A stretch of 64,000 bases of DNA. It comes from Desulfomicrobium sp. (lineage in GTDB: Bacteria; Desulfobacterota; Desulfovibrionia; Desulfovibrionales; Desulfomicrobiaceae). The stretch is taken from contig JAXGMI010000001.1 in the NCBI GenBank assembly GCA_040768745.1, positions 288,001 through 352,000 of the forward strand, in the 5' to 3' direction. The translations under genes were made by a program, and so were the position numbers. Shown piece by piece: positions 60,586 to 64,000 of the stretch; within the stretch, counting starts at the first letter, position 1, and the number at the start of each line of letters is the position of its first letter. The notes under the pieces are model-generated. The model saw nothing but the letters and a program-made list of their open reading frames with translations, searched no databases and was not told the origin of the DNA.

Positions 60586-60750
60586 TCACCCCATCTTGTT
60601 GAAGAATTCTTTTTCGGCCCCGCATTTGGGACAGACCCAATCCTCGGGCAGATCCTCAAAAGCCGTCCCCGCCGGGATGTTGTTTTCCGGATCACCCTCG
60701 GCAGGATCGTAGACATACCCGCACGGACATTCCCAACGTTCCATGGCCAT
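60586..60750 (-). CDS. Rubredoxin (54 aa; not in ORF track) with a CPC first knuckle
   Basis: Manual translation [64 protein letters not shown]. Confidence 0.93.
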   Translation of the reverse strand: MAMERWECPCGYVYDPAEGDPENNIPAGTAFEDLPEDWVCPKCGAEKEFFNKMG

Positions 60751-60792
60751 TAAAGCCTCCTTTACGGTTCAGGATTATTCAGTTCTCTCAAA

Positions 60793-62208
60793 TTATTTCC
60801 TCTTCATGGCCTTGGCCAGGGCGTCGCCCAGGGAACCAAGCCCGGTGCCCGCAGACTTGGGCTTGTAGCCCTTCCAGTCCACAACGTCCTCTTTCTTGCC
60901 AGTGCCTAGACTGATCTTGCGTTGGCCCGGATTGACAGCCTCGATACTGACCACCACCGTGTCGCCCGGGGCGAGTTTGTCATATTTCACGTCGCCTTCG
61001 GCCTTGGCCATGACTGACTGGGGCAGAAGCCCAGTCACGCCCGGCTCCAGGTTGATGAACAGGCCGAACTGCTGCCGTTTCTCCACGGTGCCCTGGACAG
61101 TCTGACCAACCGGATACTTTTCGGCCACGTTCAACCAGGGATCGCCCTCGGCATCCCGCATACTCAGGGAAATGCGCTGCTTTTCCGCATCGATCTGCTT
61201 GACCACGGCCGGCACCATGTCCCCGACCTGAACCATGTCGCCTGGCTTGTGCACGCGCTGGGCGTAGCTCATCTCGCTCACATGCACGAGGCCCTCGATG
61301 CCCGGGGCGATCTCGACAAACGCCCCGAACTCCATGAGCTTGACCACCTTGCCCGTGACCTTGTCGCCTTCTTTGAAACGCTCTGACACGGTCTTCCACG
61401 GATCGTCCTGGGCCTGCTTGATGGACAGGGACAGGCGGGTCTCGCCAGGCTTCTTGCCCTCGGCGGCGCCCAGGTACTTGACGCGCACGCGGTCGCCCAC
61501 GGACAGGGCTTCCTCGGGGCTCTGGATGCGGGCCCAGGAAATTTCGGAAATGTGCACCAGCCCTTCCAGACCGGGCGTGAGTTCCACAAAGGCGCCGAAG
61601 GCGGCCAAGCGGGTGACCACCCCTTCGACCACGTCACCTTCCTTGACATTCTCGAAAAAGCTGGCGCTGGCCTGCTGCTGCTCTTCTTCCAGAAGCACAC
61701 GACGGGAGACAACGATATTGCGGCCGCCTTCGGTCAGCTTGGTGATGCGGAACTGCAGTGTCTGCCCCACATAGTCCTCGGGGTTGGCCACGTACCGGGC
61801 GTCAATCTGGGACACGGGGCAGAAGGCCCTGCGCTTCAGGACTTCCACATGAAACCCGCCCTTGATCTGCTCCTTGACCTTTCCCTCCACCGGAACCCGG
61901 TTGGCGTAAGCTTCTTCGAGCATGTTCAGCCCGCCAACGCCGGTCAATGCCCTGGACAGACGCACACTGTCGTCGGTCAGGCCGACCACGTAGAGTTCCA
62001 GAGTATCCCCTTCAGCCACGCTCACTTCACCAGCCTCGTTCAGCAGTTCCTCCCGGTCCACGATACCGTCCACGGACGCTCCGCAATCGACGAAAACGGA
62101 CTTCTGACCAATTGAGATGACCGTCCCGGAGACCTTGTCCCCTGCCTTGAGAGCTGTCTTTCGCTGGGACTCGTAGGACGCGAACAGCTCGGCAAAATCT
62201 TCACTCAT
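60793..62208 (-). CDS. rpsA: 30S ribosomal protein S1 (five S1 domains, possibly a paralog)
   Basis: Repeated FGAFVE...EGLVHxSE S1 motifs; C-term LGSLGDALAKAMK. Confidence 0.88.
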   Translation of the reverse strand: MSEDFAELFASYESQRKTALKAGDKVSGTVISIGQKSVFVDCGASVDGIVDREELLNEAGEVSVAEGDTLELYVVGLTDDSVRLSRALTGVGGLNMLEEAYANRVPVEGKVKEQIKGGFHVEVLKRRAFCPVSQIDARYVANPEDYVGQTLQFRITKLTEGGRNIVVSRRVLLEEEQQQASASFFENVKEGDVVEGVVTRLAAFGAFVELTPGLEGLVHISEISWARIQSPEEALSVGDRVRVKYLGAAEGKKPGETRLSLSIKQAQDDPWKTVSERFKEGDKVTGKVVKLMEFGAFVEIAPGIEGLVHVSEMSYAQRVHKPGDMVQVGDMVPAVVKQIDAEKQRISLSMRDAEGDPWLNVAEKYPVGQTVQGTVEKRQQFGLFINLEPGVTGLLPQSVMAKAEGDVKYDKLAPGDTVVVSIEAVNPGQRKISLGTGKKEDVVDWKGYKPKSAGTGLGSLGDALAKAMKRK

Positions 62209-62236
62209 ATTGTGCACCTTGTAGCAACGTCATCCG

Positions 62237-62737
62237 TCATTCAAAACGGGTAATGGAGTTAATGGACACCTGGTCTGCGGGCGCGTGCTCATGATCGCCC
62301 TGAGCCTTGACCCGGACTTTCTCTATCTTTTTGATCACATCCATCCCGTCAATGACCTGGCCGAAAACACAATAGCCGAATTCGTCCTCGCCCTGATGGT
62401 CGAGGTCCGGATTGTCAACCGTATTGATGAAAAACTGGGCCGCAGCGCTGTGCGGATCGGCGCTGCGGGCCATGGCCACGCTGCCTTCCGTGTTCCTGAG
62501 GCCATTGGTGGCCTCGTTGGGGATGGGTGCCTTGGTTGGCTTTTCGCGCATCATGTTGTCCAGGCCGCCACCCTGGATCATGAACCCCTTGATGACCCTG
62601 TGAAAAAGAGTGCCTACATAAAAATGTTCATCCACGTAGCTCAAAAAATTGGCCACGGTCTGAGGAGCCTTGTCCGCAAACAGCTCAACCAGGAATTCCC
62701 CCTTGGTCGTGTCCACCAGGACCACCGGATTGCCCAT
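62237..62737 (-). CDS. Cyclophilin-type peptidyl-prolyl isomerase
   Basis: FHRVIKGFMIQGGG, AMAR, QFFIN, YCVFG; RBS GGAGG. Confidence 0.95.
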   Translation of the reverse strand: MGNPVVLVDTTKGEFLVELFADKAPQTVANFLSYVDEHFYVGTLFHRVIKGFMIQGGGLDNMMREKPTKAPIPNEATNGLRNTEGSVAMARSADPHSAAAQFFINTVDNPDLDHQGEDEFGYCVFGQVIDGMDVIKKIEKVRVKAQGDHEHAPADQVSINSITRFE

Positions 62738-63098
62738 GCCTTCCTCCGTGCAATGTTTCAAAATCGGAGCATGAAAATATACGGCTCCGCATCGTTTGGC
62801 AAACCCTTTGCCACAGGGTGGGCCGGCTGGTGGAGCGGATCAGGCACTGATGCACGTGGCAGTGACTGGAGACTTGCCAAACCCTGGGCATCCACCCCGA
62901 TCTCTGCGGGAAAACTGGATTTGCCCAAGCTTGCGGGTGCGTGCGCGAGCGTGCCGTGACCATTTTCTTTGCCGCCCCCGGGGGATACGCTCATGGCTGC
63001 GCAGGTGGCCCCTTCACGAAACCCGTCCACCGCGCACCTGGGCAGCGTGCAGCCAGCACTCCGAAAGGACTACCGGGTAATATCCCCCCGACAGCACG

Positions 63099-64000
63099 TC
63101 AATCAGAACCCGCGTCGTACCGGCCCAAGTCCAACCCTTCCCTGCCGGATCTGTCGCAAAGGCCACCCCGGCCGCGCCCGTCGAAGGAGGCGCGATCCTC
63201 CTTCGGCTCGACATGAATGGTGACCTGGACCTGGGGCCACAACCTTTCGACTTCATCCTCGATCCGGCAGCATAAATCATGGGACTGCTTGACCGTCATG
63301 GTCCCTGGAACCAGAAGGTGGAAATCCACGAACCGCAACGATCCGGACTTGCGCGTACGCAGGGCGTGGTAGCCTGAGCCACTCCCCCCGACGCGGACAA
63401 TGATTTCCGTGATGCGATCGATTTCCCCGGGTGGGAACCCTTCATCCATGAGTCCGGCCACAGATCTGCGCAGGAGCTCGATCCCAGTCCTGGCGATATG
63501 CGCGGACATGACGAAGCCCAGAATGGGATCCAGGATCTGCCAGGACGGGGGAGCAAACATCATGATGAACAGCGCCGCCACCAGGCCGGACGAGGTCCAG
63601 ACATCGGTCAGCAGGTGTTTCGCGTCTGCCTCCAGCACGATATTGTCGTATTCCCGGGCCGCTCGAAGCATTGCCAACGACGTGCCGAGGTTGACCCCCC
63701 CTGCGACCAATGCCACACAGAGGCCCAACCCCAGGGATTCGATGGGCTGCGGATGCAGGAAGCGCTGCACCGATGCGTATGCTATGCCGATGGCAGCACA
63801 GCAGACCAGCGCCCCCTCGGCGCCACTGGAAAAATACTCGACCTTGCCATGGCCGTAGGCATGGCAGTCATCGGCCGGACGCTGCGCATGGACTATGGCC
63901 ATAAGGGCAATGATCCCGGCCGTCAGGTTGACCACAGACTCCACGGCATCGGAGAAAAGACCCACGGAGCCCGTCAGAAAAAAAGCCCCAAACTTGAGGG
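63099..64000 (-). CDS. Cation diffusion facilitator (FieF-like); 5' end beyond the window
   Basis: SDAVES, HAYGHGKVE, ADAKHLLTD, LRTRKSG, HVEP; frame open to the window edge. Confidence 0.92.
   Translation of the reverse strand, partial: LKFGAFFLTGSVGLFSDAVESVVNLTAGIIALMAIVHAQRPADDCHAYGHGKVEYFSSGAEGALVCCAAIGIAYASVQRFLHPQPIESLGLGLCVALVAGGVNLGTSLAMLRAAREYDNIVLEADAKHLLTDVWTSSGLVAALFIMMFAPPSWQILDPILGFVMSAHIARTGIELLRRSVAGLMDEGFPPGEIDRITEIIVRVGGSGSGYHALRTRKSGSLRFVDFHLLVPGTMTVKQSHDLCCRIEDEVERLWPQVQVTIHVEPKEDRASFDGRGRGGLCDRSGREGLDLGRYDAGSD

Noticed and set aside
62780..62940. GGCAAA-containing segment before the cyclophilin gene resembling a c-di-GMP riboswitch
   Set aside because: Second stem and tetraloop/receptor elements are absent

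Overview
GC-rich chromosomal window from a sulfate-reducing deltaproteobacterium. Gene content (Hmc/Tmc complexes, Hcp, rubredoxin, SelB) points to Desulfovibrionales, possibly Desulfomicrobium-like (inference). It is mostly core or lifestyle genome; I see no prophage, IS transposase, CRISPR array, rRNA or tRNA. In order it holds: fadD; a yybP-ykoY (Mn2+)-type riboswitch with terminator in front of htpX; an orphan flgE; a CntK/DapF-like racemase; uppP-CYTH-aminopeptidase; a DtxR/MntR regulator with feoA-feoB-feoA and two coupled glycosyltransferase-like genes; greA with a leader terminator; a decayed ilvN; an hcp divergon with a perfect FNR-type box; opgG-X-opgH; tolQRAB-pal; miaB/cutA/nth/tgt; a ~13.6 kb redox supercluster (tmcDCBA, hmcABCDEF, usp, response regulator, hybrid kinase, rrf2); maf-pgpA-hrpB; selB, an M18 aminopeptidase, a rubredoxin, an S1 paralog, a cyclophilin and a truncated CDF transporter. 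The most notable items are the Mn-riboswitch-htpX pairing, the stand-alone CntK-like racemase, a 15-heme rather than 16-heme HmcA, the Cys-tailed DtxR with candidate operators, and two small genes missing from the ORF track (hmcD and a CxC-type rubredoxin). Family assignments come from motif recognition, not database searches.
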